64,000 nucleotides of DNA. Origin: Minisyncoccota bacterium. GTDB lineage: Bacteria; Patescibacteriota; Minisyncoccia; Minisyncoccales; CG1-02-41-26. Under the pieces are notes generated by a model that did no database searches, was not told where the DNA came from, and saw only the letters and a list, made by a program, of their open reading frames with translations. The stretch is taken from contig JAQULB010000002.1 of the NCBI GenBank assembly GCA_028718785.1, positions 20,750 through 84,749 of the forward strand. The letters run 5' to 3'. The translations under genes were made by a program, and so were the position numbers. Each line of letters begins with the position of its first letter. Position 1 is the first letter of the stretch. Shown piece after piece: positions 1 to 8,322 of the stretch.

Positions 1-33
1 GTTTCCATTATTAAATCGCTTTTATAATCTGCA

Positions 34-675
34 ATGAAGATAAACAAAATTGTTAAGTATTTAATTTTAAGCGACATTGCTTTTTGGACTGGCTGGGGGC
101 TTTTAACTCCGGTTTTTGCCATTTTTATTATTGATAAAATTCAGGGTGGCAATGCTTTGGTGGTTGGTATTTCCTCAGCTGTTTTTTTGGGAGTGCGTTC
201 AATTTTAAGAATACCGCTTGGCAAGGCGCTTGATAATAGAGTTTCAGAAAAGGATGATTATTTAGTTATGGTTTTGGGAACATTTATTGCCTCTTTGGTT
301 TCTTTTGGTTATATTTTTTCTTATTTGCCTTGGCATATTTATTTATTGGAAATAGTCCACGGAATTGGGTTAGCTTTGGCCTTGGCAGGCTGGACTGCCA
401 TATTTACCCGTCATATTGACAAGGGCAAGGAGTCAACTCAGTGGGGATGGAATGAAACCACTTTGGGACTGGGAATGGGGGTGGCTGGGGCTTTGGGCGG
501 TTTTTTTGTGACTAAGTTTGGCTTTAATTTAGTTTTTTTATTAGTGGGTATTTTGGGAATTATTGGAACAATTTTATTGCTTGGGTTAAAAAATGAAATA
601 AAAGGCGTTTTTGACCACGGCCTAAAAGTGCCAGTAAAGGAGATATTTAGCCCCAATGTGTCAAATAAAATTTGA
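34..675 (+). CDS. MFS-type transporter-like membrane protein (half-size, about 6 TM helices)
   Basis: Hydrophobic helices throughout. The loop LGKALDNRVSEKD resembles the MFS 2-3 loop motif. Short for a complete MFS. Confidence 0.45.
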   Translation: MKINKIVKYLILSDIAFWTGWGLLTPVFAIFIIDKIQGGNALVVGISSAVFLGVRSILRIPLGKALDNRVSEKDDYLVMVLGTFIASLVSFGYIFSYLPWHIYLLEIVHGIGLALALAGWTAIFTRHIDKGKESTQWGWNETTLGLGMGVAGALGGFFVTKFGFNLVFLLVGILGIIGTILLLGLKNEIKGVFDHGLKVPVKEIFSPNVSNKI

Positions 676-758
676 ATAAGCACCTAATTTTTGGCCAAAA
701 GTTTAAAATTAAGATTCGAGGAGATAGTTATCAATAACACATAAAAAACTCTTAGTAT

Positions 759-950
759 ATGACATTTGATTTTTCTGGAATTTTTTTTAAAAATGTTTCA
801 TCTATTGCCAGTTTATTTTTAATTGGAGCGTTGGCCTTTATTTTGGGAACTTATGTTATTATTGAAGCAGGAAGAATAGAAAAACTTCAAAAGCCGCTAC
901 CACTCTATGTGGGGCATTTTTCAACCACAACTTTTTTAGGCGATTATTAA
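759..950 (+). CDS. hypothetical small membrane protein
   Basis: 63-aa ORF with one hydrophobic helix; no recognisable motif. Confidence 0.25.
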   Translation: MTFDFSGIFFKNVSSIASLFLIGALAFILGTYVIIEAGRIEKLQKPLPLYVGHFSTTTFLGDY

Positions 951-980
951 AAAATAATAAATATTTTATAGTTTTTATTT

Positions 981-1139
981 ATGGCAACACAACAAAATAT
1001 AAATCAGCCCCAAGAGGAGGGAAAAACTCCCGCTCCAGAAAATTCAACTGAACCGCCACAAAAAATTAGTTTAGTGTGGGTGCTTTTTGGCATTGCTGGT
1101 GTCTTGCTTATGTGGTTTGTTTCATCTAAGCTGTTTTAA
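981..1139 (+). CDS. hypothetical 52-aa protein with C-terminal TM helix
   Basis: Hand-translated ATG ORF below the track cutoff (MATQQNINQPQEEGKTPAPE...LVWVLFGIAGVLLMWFV). It fills the gap before the next gene. Confidence 0.3.
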   Translation: MATQQNINQPQEEGKTPAPENSTEPPQKISLVWVLFGIAGVLLMWFVSSKLF

Positions 1140-1150
1140 AAGCAATATTA

Positions 1151-2206
1151 ATGCAGTGGAGATATATTCCAATTTTTTGGGTTTTGTTTGCAGTAATTTT
1201 TTTAATGGCTGGTTTTTTTATTTTTTCAAAAGAATCAACTTTTTCTGTTTTATCAGCTCGCATTGATCGGCCAATTCAAAAAAATCAAATAACACAACCA
1301 ATTGTTTTAATGGCAGTGGGAGACATTATGCTTGATAGGGGAGTTAAATATATGGTTGATAAATACGGCAATGGCGATTTTAATTTTGTTTTTAATGGAA
1401 TTAAAGATTACTTAAACAAGGCGGATATTCTTTTTGGCAATTTAGAAGGACCAATTTCCAACAGAGGAGTTAGGGTGGGCAGTATTTATTCTTTTCGGTT
1501 TTCACCAACATCAACCTTGGCTCTAAAAGAGGCGGGATTTGATATTTTATCAATTGCTAATAATCATATGTTTGATTACCAAGCAATTGCTTTGGGAGAC
1601 ACAATGGCTAATTTGCAAAAATCCGGCATTGATTATGTTGGAGCAGGCAATAATGAAACAGAAGCCTTTAGTTTAAAAGTAAAAGAAATACAAGGGGTTA
1701 AATTTGGGTTTTTGGCTTTTGAAAATTTGGGACATGAAAGCTGGAAAGCTGGCGGGCCCGCCCAAAGCCCTGCGGGCAATGAGGCGGGCGGGGACAAAAC
1801 TGGAATGGCTTGGGTTGGTTGGGGTGATTTTGATGAGGTAAAGGAAACAATTGCTCAAAGCAAACAGCAAGTGGATATTTTGGTTGTTTCTTTGCATGCG
1901 GGAGTTGAATATCAAACATTACCCGATGATTTTCAAATTGCGTTTGACAAAATGGCAATTGACTCTGGGGCGGATTTGGTAGTTGGCCACCACCCGCACG
2001 TTATCGAGCCCTTAGAAAAACATAACAACGGCTGGATAATTTACTCTTTGGGTAATTTTATTTTTGACCAGTATTTTTCACCCCAAACAATGGAAGGAGG
2101 ACTTTTGAAAGTGGAAATTGTTGATAAAAAAATTAGCAATGTTATTTTAGAAAAAGTAAAATTAAATAAATACTACCAGCCCATTTTATTATCCACAAAA
2201 CTTTAG
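1151..2206 (+). CDS. CapA/PGA-cap family metallophosphatase
   Basis: Motifs MAVGDIMLDRG, GNLEGP, SIANNHxxD, HAGVEY, GHHPH. N-terminal TM anchor. Carries a GC-rich in-frame insert at 1757-1788. Confidence 0.75.
   Translation: MQWRYIPIFWVLFAVIFLMAGFFIFSKESTFSVLSARIDRPIQKNQITQPIVLMAVGDIMLDRGVKYMVDKYGNGDFNFVFNGIKDYLNKADILFGNLEGPISNRGVRVGSIYSFRFSPTSTLALKEAGFDILSIANNHMFDYQAIALGDTMANLQKSGIDYVGAGNNETEAFSLKVKEIQGVKFGFLAFENLGHESWKAGGPAQSPAGNEAGGDKTGMAWVGWGDFDEVKETIAQSKQQVDILVVSLHAGVEYQTLPDDFQIAFDKMAIDSGADLVVGHHPHVIEPLEKHNNGWIIYSLGNFIFDQYFSPQTMEGGLLKVEIVDKKISNVILEKVKLNKYYQPILLSTKL
1757..1788. repeat. 32-nt GC-rich hairpin element CCCGCC-N20-GGCGGG, copy 1 (in-frame in capA-like gene)
   Basis: cccgcccaaagccctgcgggcaatgaggcggg, encoding PAQSPAGNEAG. 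Near-identical copies at 6585 and 28078. Confidence 0.85.
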
Positions 2207-2247
2207 GTGGATCAGATAGAGCTGGTAGTGGATAAAATTTTTAAGTC

Positions 2248-2281
2248 AAAACTCCCCCGCCTTTCGGCAGGGGAGTTTTTA
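2248..2281. terminator. bidirectional intrinsic terminator-like hairpin
   Basis: aaaactcccccgcctttcggcaggggagttttt. GC stem flanked by an A-run and a T-run, between convergent capA-like and rplT genes. Confidence 0.6.
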
Positions 2282-2293
2282 GTTTTTAAACTT

Positions 2294-2328
2294 AATTCCT
2301 AATTCCTAATTCTTGATTCTTGATTCTT
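2294..2328. repeat. heptamer tandem repeat (aattcct x2, aattctt, gattctt x2)
   Basis: Five consecutive 7-bp units read directly; abuts the rplT stop codon. Confidence 0.85.
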
Positions 2329-2674
2329 ACCCCTTGGCTTTCTCCACAATCTTTTCAAATACTTCTGGTTTATCTTGGGCTAATTGGGCTAATACTTTTC
2401 TATCAAGCTCGATATTATTCTTTTTTAAGCCAGCAATAAATTTACTATATGAAAGGTCAAAGTGTCGAACAGCCGCGTTAATGTTTATTTGCCACAATGC
2501 TCTGCGGTTGGATTTGTTTTTCTTTCTGTCTCTGTAAGCATAAGTCCAGGCCTTTTGCATGGCTTGTTTGGCCTGAGCGAATTTTGATTTTCGGCCCCAT
2601 TTAAAACCCTTTGTATTTTCCAACAAATGTTTTCTGCGCTTATGAGCAATTGTTCCTCTTTTTACTCTTACCAT
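2327..2674 (-). CDS. rplT: 50S ribosomal protein L20
   Basis: MVRVKRGTIAHKRRKHLL...AYRDRKKNKSNRRALWQININAA is the canonical bL20 pattern. Lies in the rpmI-rplT operon context. Confidence 0.95.
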   Translation of the reverse strand: MVRVKRGTIAHKRRKHLLENTKGFKWGRKSKFAQAKQAMQKAWTYAYRDRKKNKSNRRALWQININAAVRHFDLSYSKFIAGLKKNNIELDRKVLAQLAQDKPEVFEKIVEKAKG

Positions 2675-2695
2675 AGATTTATAAAATTTATACTC

Positions 2696-2884
2696 TTATA
2701 CTTTTAATCCGGCTTTCTTTATTCTTTTTACAATACTTGGGTGCAACGCAATCCAGCTTCGCTTTTGGCGAATTTGTTTTCCGGTTTTTTTGGCTCGGTA
2801 GTGGTTTTGTCCGCCAACCTTTCTTAAAACCTTTCCGTTCTTTGTAATTTTAAACCTTTTCATTAAGGCCTTTCTTGTTTTCAT
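2696..2884 (-). CDS. rpmI: 50S ribosomal protein L35
   Basis: MKTRKALMKRFKITKNGKVLRK...HYRAKK is the bL35 pattern; lies between infC and rplT. Confidence 0.9.
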   Translation of the reverse strand: MKTRKALMKRFKITKNGKVLRKVGGQNHYRAKKTGKQIRQKRSWIALHPSIVKRIKKAGLKV

Positions 2885-2892
2885 AAAAATAT

Positions 2893-3000
2893 ATAATGCT
2901 AATTTACGAATTTAATGCGAATCTACAAATATACGAATAGGATTTCACGAGCAAACATTTGCATATTCGCAACATTCGCATAAAATTTGTAGATTTGTAT
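2893..3000. repeat. left arm of ~100-bp imperfect inverted repeat bracketing infC
   Basis: The reverse complement of 2961-3000 matches 3528-3567 at 37/40 positions. The outer parts (ataatgctaatttacgaat...gcgaatctacaaatat) also align with the reverse complement of 3585-3629. Confidence 0.85.
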
Positions 3001-3533
3001 TATGTTGTTTTGGCGATTATCATTGTTAAGCCCCGAGATTCCATTTTTAACTCCCTTTCAATTTTAATGGGGGTGGTGGTTTTTAACACTTCTAAAAATT
3101 TTAATAATTTCTGTTTGGCAAATTCACCCAAGCCCTTTTCTCGTCCCCTTAAAACCATTTCAATTCTTACTTTATACCCGCTTTTTAAAAATTTTTCAAC
3201 CGCCTGAGCTCTTGTTTCCATATCATGGGGAGAAATGGCAAAACTTAATCTTATGCCTTTTATCTCGCCTGCTTTTTGACTTTTACCCATTTTCTTTTCT
3301 TTTTTTCCCTGTTGGTAAGAAAACTTTCCATAATCAGCTATTTTACAAATTGGCGGAACAGTTTTTTCAGATATTTCTATTAAATCTAATCTGGCTTCAT
3401 GGGCTTTCACTAAGGCCTGTTGCAAAGTAACAATGCCAAGCATCTCTCCTTTTTCGTTGATGAGCCTAACTTCAGGAGCTTTTATTTGATTGTTGATTAA
3501 AATTCTTTTTTGCAATGGATAGATATAATACAA
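3000..3533 (-). CDS. infC: translation initiation factor IF-3
   Basis: INNQIKAPEVRLINEKGEMLGIV and the C-terminal domain are typical of IF-3. The track start is TTG and the true (possibly non-canonical) start is uncertain. Confidence 0.9.
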   Translation of the reverse strand: MYYIYPLQKRILINNQIKAPEVRLINEKGEMLGIVTLQQALVKAHEARLDLIEISEKTVPPICKIADYGKFSYQQGKKEKKMGKSQKAGEIKGIRLSFAISPHDMETRAQAVEKFLKSGYKVRIEMVLRGREKGLGEFAKQKLLKFLEVLKTTTPIKIERELKMESRGLTMIIAKTT

Positions 3534-3629
3534 ATCTACAAATTTTATACGAATACTGCGAATATGCGAATAAGTATCTGTAGATTAGCATATTTGTAGA
3601 TTCGCATTTTATTCGTAGATTAGCATTAT
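3528..3629. repeat. right arm of inverted repeat bracketing infC
   Basis: atacaaatctacaaattttatacgaatactgcgaatatgcg... is collinear with the reverse complement of the left arm. The outer end abuts the tmRNA 3' end. Confidence 0.85.
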
Positions 3630-3636
3630 TTTTTTA

Positions 3637-4003
3637 GTGGAGATGGAGAGATTGAACTCTCGTCCAAAAACAACTTACCTAACAATACTACAAGCTTAGT
3701 TAATTTAAAAGTTTAAAGGCCTAAAATATAAAAATTAACAAAATTTTTAGGTCTCGATCCCAAATTTTTCAGCAAATAGTTTGGGAGGGCTATTTGCCAA
3801 TCCTAATAATTTGTCACCTTGTTCTGTTTATTAGAAATCAACAGGCAAGATGGCCGCGACTTAAAGCCGGGCAGGCCTACGCTACTGCGTAAGCTGGTTG
3901 TGCGTATGTGTATGTTGCACTTATGTTTTTCCAAAAGTTTTTCGAGATTCTGGAGCTCGGCTTGCTCATTAAATAACTCATTCTTGTCAAAACATGCACC
4001 CCC
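3637..4003 (-). ncRNA. ssrA: tmRNA (SsrA)
   Basis: On the minus strand the 5' GGGGGUG pairs with the 3' CAUCUCC-A, including a G3:U pair. T-arm is GGACGAGAGUUCAAUCUCUCC. An internal tag frame reads ...ATYTYAQPAYAVA-stop. smpB is adjacent. Confidence 0.85.
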
Positions 4004-4054
4004 ATCTTTAATGTTTTAACTTGGTAGATAAAGCACTAAAGACGAGGCATTATT

Positions 4055-4507
4055 TTAAAAATGCTTCAAAGTTCTTTCAATTTCTCTGTTTGCTTCCCTG
4101 GTTTTTATCTTTTCTCGTTTATCTGCTTTGCGTTTGCCTTTACATAAGGCAAACTCTATCTTTACTTTACCCTTGTGATTATACACTTTTAAGGGCACCA
4201 TAGTCAACCCCTTTTGCTTATTTTTGCTGATTAACTCGCTAATTTCGGATTTTTGCAAAAGAAGTTTTCTGGTTCGCTTTGGCTCGTATTCTCCATAAAT
4301 ATTATTTGGCTGATAGGGTGGAACGTCGGCATTTAACAAAAAAACTTCGTTTTCTTTTAAAACAACAAAACTTCCTGCCAAGCTAATGCGCCCGTTTTTG
4401 ATTGACTTTACTTCTTGGCCGTTTAAAACAATGCCTGCCTGATACTTCTCTATTATTTCGTAGTCAAAAAGCGCTTTTCTATTTTCTGCTAATACACTGC
4501 CGTTCAT
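4055..4507 (-). CDS. smpB: SsrA-binding protein SmpB
   Basis: ENRKALFDYEI, GQEVKSIK, LLLQKSEI and a basic C-terminal tail; sits next to ssrA. Confidence 0.9.
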   Translation of the reverse strand: MNGSVLAENRKALFDYEIIEKYQAGIVLNGQEVKSIKNGRISLAGSFVVLKENEVFLLNADVPPYQPNNIYGEYEPKRTRKLLLQKSEISELISKNKQKGLTMVPLKVYNHKGKVKIEFALCKGKRKADKREKIKTREANREIERTLKHF

Positions 4508-4582
4508 TCTTTGATTTTAGAGCAGATTATGCTAAAAAGAAAGCAGTTACATTCTACAGTATTATTTTGGAGGTGAAAAAGA

Positions 4583-4828
4583 TTGAAAGAATTAAGGGAC
4601 AAAAAATATTTTTCAGGGTCCCTGAAATGGACAAAGGATTTGGAACATCTGACAGACCAAGGGGCAGAACAGATCCTAATAGAACGATTAAAGGGAGATG
4701 CGGAGGCGGAAGGGTTTACTCACTATACGGTTGGAGTTATGAGTAAATCTTTAGGGAGTCCAGAAATTTTAGATTCTTATGGGGGTTGGACTTTTAGTAT
4801 AATGGCTTATCGTGAGGAGGTGATATAG
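4583..4828 (+). CDS. hypothetical protein
   Basis: 81-aa ORF with a TTG start preceded by GGAGGTG at about 7 nt; no recognisable motif. Confidence 0.4.
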   Translation: MKELRDKKYFSGSLKWTKDLEHLTDQGAEQILIERLKGDAEAEGFTHYTVGVMSKSLGSPEILDSYGGWTFSIMAYREEVI

Positions 4829-4888
4829 GTAGGGAATAACCCTGCCTTTTATTTTATTTAAAAATGTGATAGGATAAAAAATAAACTT

Positions 4889-5137
4889 ATGGCTAAAAAA
4901 TTAAATCAATTTAAAGTTGTTATTGAGCAAGACGAGGACGGCTTTTTTGTGGCCTCTGTGCCAGCTCTTCCTGGCTGTTATACACAAGCAAAAACATTAG
5001 GGGATTTAAAAAAAAGAATTCGTGAGGCGATTTTGCTTTGCCTTGAAGTGGCAAAAACAAATCCTAAATATTACAAGCAAATTAAAGATTTTTCTTATGA
5101 GCCAAGCTTTATTGGGCTTGAATTGATAACAGTATGA
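4889..5137 (+). CDS. hicB: HicB-family antitoxin (UPF0150 fold)
   Basis: FKVVIEQDEDGFFVASVPALPGCYTQAKTLGDL is a typical HicB N-domain. ATGA overlap with the next ORF. Confidence 0.75.
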   Translation: MAKKLNQFKVVIEQDEDGFFVASVPALPGCYTQAKTLGDLKKRIREAILLCLEVAKTNPKYYKQIKDFSYEPSFIGLELITV

Positions 5138-5361
5138 GCCAACGAGTAGCCACATTAAAAGCAAAAGATGTTATTAGCGCTTTAAAGAAAATGGGTTTTT
5201 ATGAAGTTCGCCAAAAAGGTAGTCATTTATGTTTTCAGCATAGCGATGGTAGGTTTACTTTGGTGCCTTGTCATAGCGGTGAAGATATTGGCAGAGGTTT
5301 GTTGAGGCAAATTTTACGAGAAATTAATGTTTCACCAGTCGAGTTTTCAAATTTTTTATAA
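5134..5361 (+). CDS. hicA: HicA-family mRNA interferase toxin
   Basis: VRQKGSHLCFQHSDGRFTLVPCHSGEDIGRGLLRQIL matches the YcfA/HicA pattern. Confidence 0.75.
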   Translation: MSQRVATLKAKDVISALKKMGFYEVRQKGSHLCFQHSDGRFTLVPCHSGEDIGRGLLRQILREINVSPVEFSNFL

Positions 5362-5435
5362 ATTTTATTTTTAGGAGTTTTTGGCGGTTTTTTAAGCCGT
5401 CTTTTTTTTTACCTAAAAATAAGCTAAATTGAATA

Positions 5436-7112
5436 ATGCTGAAAAAAGAAATTGAAAATTTAATTGAAGGGGCTACTGGCAAAAAAGCAATCGTGGAAAC
5501 GCCGGATAATTTTAGTTATGGAGATTTTTCAACTAATGTGGCGATTAGAGAAAAGCTAAACGCACAGGAGGTTGTCGACAAATTGAAAGCGAGTCCCTTA
5601 TTTGAGAAAATAAAGGTTATTAATGGGTTTATAAATTTTTTTCTAAAGCCAGAATATTTTTTAGAAAATTTAAAGCAAATTTTAAAACAAAAAGAAAAAT
5701 ACGGCTCTTCAAGTATTGGCAAGGGCAAAACTATTGTTATTGATTATTCAGCCCCCAATATTGCCAAGCCCTTTGGCATTGGGCATTTGCGATCAACCAT
5801 AATTGGCCAGGCCATTTACAATTTATATAAATTTTTGGGCTACAAAACTATTGGCGACAATCACTTAGGGGATTGGGGCACACAATTTGGAAAATTGATT
5901 TATAAACTCAAAACTCAAAATTCAAAACTCACAGCATTGACTGTTGAGGATTTAGAAAAGTTATATGTGGAGTTTCACAAAGAGGCAGAGCAGAACCCTG
6001 CTTTAAATGATGAGGCAAGGGCTTGGTTTAAAAAATTAGAACAGGGCGATAAAAAAGCCAAAGAAATTTGGCAGGCCTGTAAAGAGATTTCTTTAAAAGA
6101 ATTTGATAGAATTTACAATTTGCTTGGGGTAAAAATTGACAATGTTTTAGGTGAGAGTTTTTACCAAGATAAAATGCAAGATATTTTTGAGGAAATGAAA
6201 AAGAAAAACTTAACCAAGCAAAATGAGGGCGCTTGGGTGGTGGAGTTTGAAAACAATGTTTTGCCAAGTTTAGTTTTAATGAAATCAGATGGCGCTACCA
6301 CTTACTTTTTGCGGGATTTGGCCACAATTAAGTATAGATTAAAAAAATGGAAGCCAGATATTATCGCTTATGAGGTTGGGGTTGATCAGTCGCTACACTT
6401 TAAACAATTATTTAAAACTATTGAAATGCTTGGCTGGGCTAAAAATGTTTGTTTTGAGCATATTGTTCATGGGTTGATGCGCTCAAAAAATGGCAAGTTT
6501 TCAACCAGAAAGGGAGATACAATTCATTTAGAATATGTGTTGCAAGAGGCTATTAGCAAAGCAAGCGATTTGATAAGGGAAAAACCCGCCGAAAGCCCTG
6601 TGGGCAATCAGGCGGGCAAGGGAAAAAATGAATTAGCCAAGCAAATTGGCATTGGAGCTGTAAAGTATAATGATTTAAGCCAGCATCATTCTCGGGATAT
6701 TGTTTTTGATTGGGATAAAATTATAAACTTAAAAGGCAATTCTGGCCCGTATTTACAGTATGCGTTTGCTCGCACCCAGAGCGTTTTAGAAAAAGCCAAC
6801 GGCAACCGGGTTGCCGTAAGCTCTAAAATTGATTTTAATGAGTTGGGCGAAATTGAAAAAACGCTTTTAAAAAAACTTTTGCATTTTAGTGAAATTATTG
6901 AACAAGCAACCAAAACCTTTTCACCAAACTTAATTTGCAATTATATTTTTGATTTAGCGCAAAGCTTTAATTTGTTTTACAATGAAGTTCCAATTTTAAA
7001 AGCCGATACCAAAGAACAAAAAGAATTTCGCTTAGCTTTAACGTTTGCCGTGGGCCAAATTATCAAAAATGGCTTAACTCTTTTGGGTATTGAGTCGCCA
7101 AATAAAATGTAA
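5436..7112 (+). CDS. argS: arginyl-tRNA synthetase
   Basis: SAPNIAKPFGIGHLRST (HIGH region) plus catalytic core and DALR anticodon-binding C-terminus. Contains repeat inserts at 5904 and 6585. Confidence 0.9.
   Translation: MLKKEIENLIEGATGKKAIVETPDNFSYGDFSTNVAIREKLNAQEVVDKLKASPLFEKIKVINGFINFFLKPEYFLENLKQILKQKEKYGSSSIGKGKTIVIDYSAPNIAKPFGIGHLRSTIIGQAIYNLYKFLGYKTIGDNHLGDWGTQFGKLIYKLKTQNSKLTALTVEDLEKLYVEFHKEAEQNPALNDEARAWFKKLEQGDKKAKEIWQACKEISLKEFDRIYNLLGVKIDNVLGESFYQDKMQDIFEEMKKKNLTKQNEGAWVVEFENNVLPSLVLMKSDGATTYFLRDLATIKYRLKKWKPDIIAYEVGVDQSLHFKQLFKTIEMLGWAKNVCFEHIVHGLMRSKNGKFSTRKGDTIHLEYVLQEAISKASDLIREKPAESPVGNQAGKGKNELAKQIGIGAVKYNDLSQHHSRDIVFDWDKIINLKGNSGPYLQYAFARTQSVLEKANGNRVAVSSKIDFNELGEIEKTLLKKLLHFSEIIEQATKTFSPNLICNYIFDLAQSFNLFYNEVPILKADTKEQKEFRLALTFAVGQIIKNGLTLLGIESPNKM
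5904..5931. repeat. heptamer tandem repeat inside argS (aaactca x2, aaattca, aaactca)
   Basis: Four 7-bp units, translated as KLKTQNSKLT. Confidence 0.8.
6585..6616. repeat. 32-nt CCCGCC-N20-GGCGGG element, copy 2 (in-frame in argS)
   Basis: cccgccgaaagccctgtgggcaatcaggcggg, encoding PAESPVGNQAG; 29/32 identical to copy 1. Confidence 0.85.
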
Positions 7113-7116
7113 ATTT

Positions 7117-7647
7117 ATGCAAACATCTTTACTGATTTCTGGTAGCCCCAGAAAGGGCAATACTGAATTTATCTTAAGAAGCATTTCTGAACAATTTATT
7201 GGGAATAAAGAGTTGTTGCTATTAAGAGAGAAAAATATCAAAAGATGCTGTGGCTGTTTATCATGTGAAAAAAGCAAGAAGTGTGTTCAGCAAGATGATA
7301 TACAACAGGTGTTTGAGAAGATGAAGCAAGCTGATGTTTTGGTTTTAGGTTCTCCTAATTATTTTTATAACGTAAGCGGTTTAATGAAAGACCTCATTGA
7401 CAGAACAAACTCTCTTTATAAAACCAATGTTTTTAAGGGTAAAAAAGTATTTTTGGTGGCTGTTAGCGGTGGCCAAGTAAAAAATTCTCAAGGGGTAATC
7501 GAAGCTTTTAGTAGTTTTGCTAAAATACACGGATTAAAAATTATTGGAAGCCATTGTTTTCAATTTTTTTACGCCAATGACGCAGAGAAAAATTTAAGAA
7601 TAGCTAAAAGCATTAAAGAAATAGCGGGAAAATTAAACTCTTTATAA
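7117..7647 (+). CDS. flavodoxin-like NADPH-dependent FMN reductase / iron-sulfur flavoprotein family
   Basis: LLISGSPRKGNT, a CCGCLSC cluster and LVLGSPNYFYNVSG. Start moved to the ATG after the argS stop. Confidence 0.65.
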   Translation: MQTSLLISGSPRKGNTEFILRSISEQFIGNKELLLLREKNIKRCCGCLSCEKSKKCVQQDDIQQVFEKMKQADVLVLGSPNYFYNVSGLMKDLIDRTNSLYKTNVFKGKKVFLVAVSGGQVKNSQGVIEAFSSFAKIHGLKIIGSHCFQFFYANDAEKNLRIAKSIKEIAGKLNSL

Positions 7648-7710
7648 AGTTTGTGAAGAGTTTAAAGAAAATTTTTTAAAACTGTATTATTGTATTTTTA
7701 GTGATATTTT

Positions 7711-7749
7711 ATGTGTAATTATTATGCGACCGCACAAAAAAATACACAT
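7711..7749. repeat. left terminal inverted repeat / hairpin of PaaX-like module 1
   Basis: atgtgtaattattatgcgaccgcacaaaaaaatacacat. The ends ATGTGTA/TACACAT are self-complementary, and the whole is the reverse complement of 8323-8360. Confidence 0.9.
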
Positions 7750-7760
7750 TGGTTGGTTTA

Positions 7761-8318
7761 ATGAATAAAAACAAAGCGATTAAAATTTCTAAAGAAATTT
7801 TAAAATATCTTCTAATAAGCGGAGCGATTTTAATTGCCGCGTCTTCCCCCTACTTTGCGTCAAGTTTAATAAGAGATATAAAAAGATTTAAGGCCAAAGA
7901 TAAGCAAAAAGTAAATAGCGCTTTTCAATATTTAAGAAGAAATGGACTTATTAAAGTTGAAAAATATGGTTTTGACGCTCGTATTTCTCTTACCGAAAAG
8001 GGTAAAAAGAGGGCAGGAAAATATCAAATTAACGACTTAAAAATTGAAATTCCTAACAAATGGGATGGAAAATGGCGAGTAATTATTTTTGATATTCCAG
8101 ATATTTCTAAAACAGTTAGAAATATTTTCAGAACTAAATTAAAAGAATTTAATTTTTATTCATTGCAAAAAAGCGTTTGGGTACATCCCTATAATTGCAA
8201 AAAAGAAATTGAGATTTTAAGAGATTTTTTAGGAGCAAATAGCAACCAAATTCAATTTATATTAGCTGAAGAAATTGAGCATGAAGAAAAATTAAAAAAA
8301 GTTTTTAAAATTATTTAA
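7761..8318 (+). CDS. PaaX-family protein: N-terminal wHTH + Cas2-like central domain
   Basis: LRRNGLIKVEK...LTEKGKK (wHTH), then WDGKWRVIIFDIPD...LQKSVWVHPY (Cas2/PaaX-type beta1 Asp and QxSV motif). Paralog of 57301-57903. Confidence 0.7.
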   Translation: MNKNKAIKISKEILKYLLISGAILIAASSPYFASSLIRDIKRFKAKDKQKVNSAFQYLRRNGLIKVEKYGFDARISLTEKGKKRAGKYQINDLKIEIPNKWDGKWRVIIFDIPDISKTVRNIFRTKLKEFNFYSLQKSVWVHPYNCKKEIEILRDFLGANSNQIQFILAEEIEHEEKLKKVFKII

Positions 8319-8322
8319 TTTG

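Noticed and set aside
2313-2537. 74-aa plus-strand ORF antisense to rplT
   Set aside because: Shadow ORF of a highly conserved ribosomal protein gene.
4402-4746. 114-aa plus-strand ORF overlapping the smpB 5' end
   Set aside because: It overlaps smpB antisense and the better-supported 4583-4828 ORF in another frame, and has no RBS at its start.
7090-7116. Track start of the flavoprotein ORF overlapping argS
   Set aside because: The first 9 codons overlap the argS 3' end. The ATG at 7117 directly after the argS stop gives the conserved LLISGSPRKGNT N-terminus.
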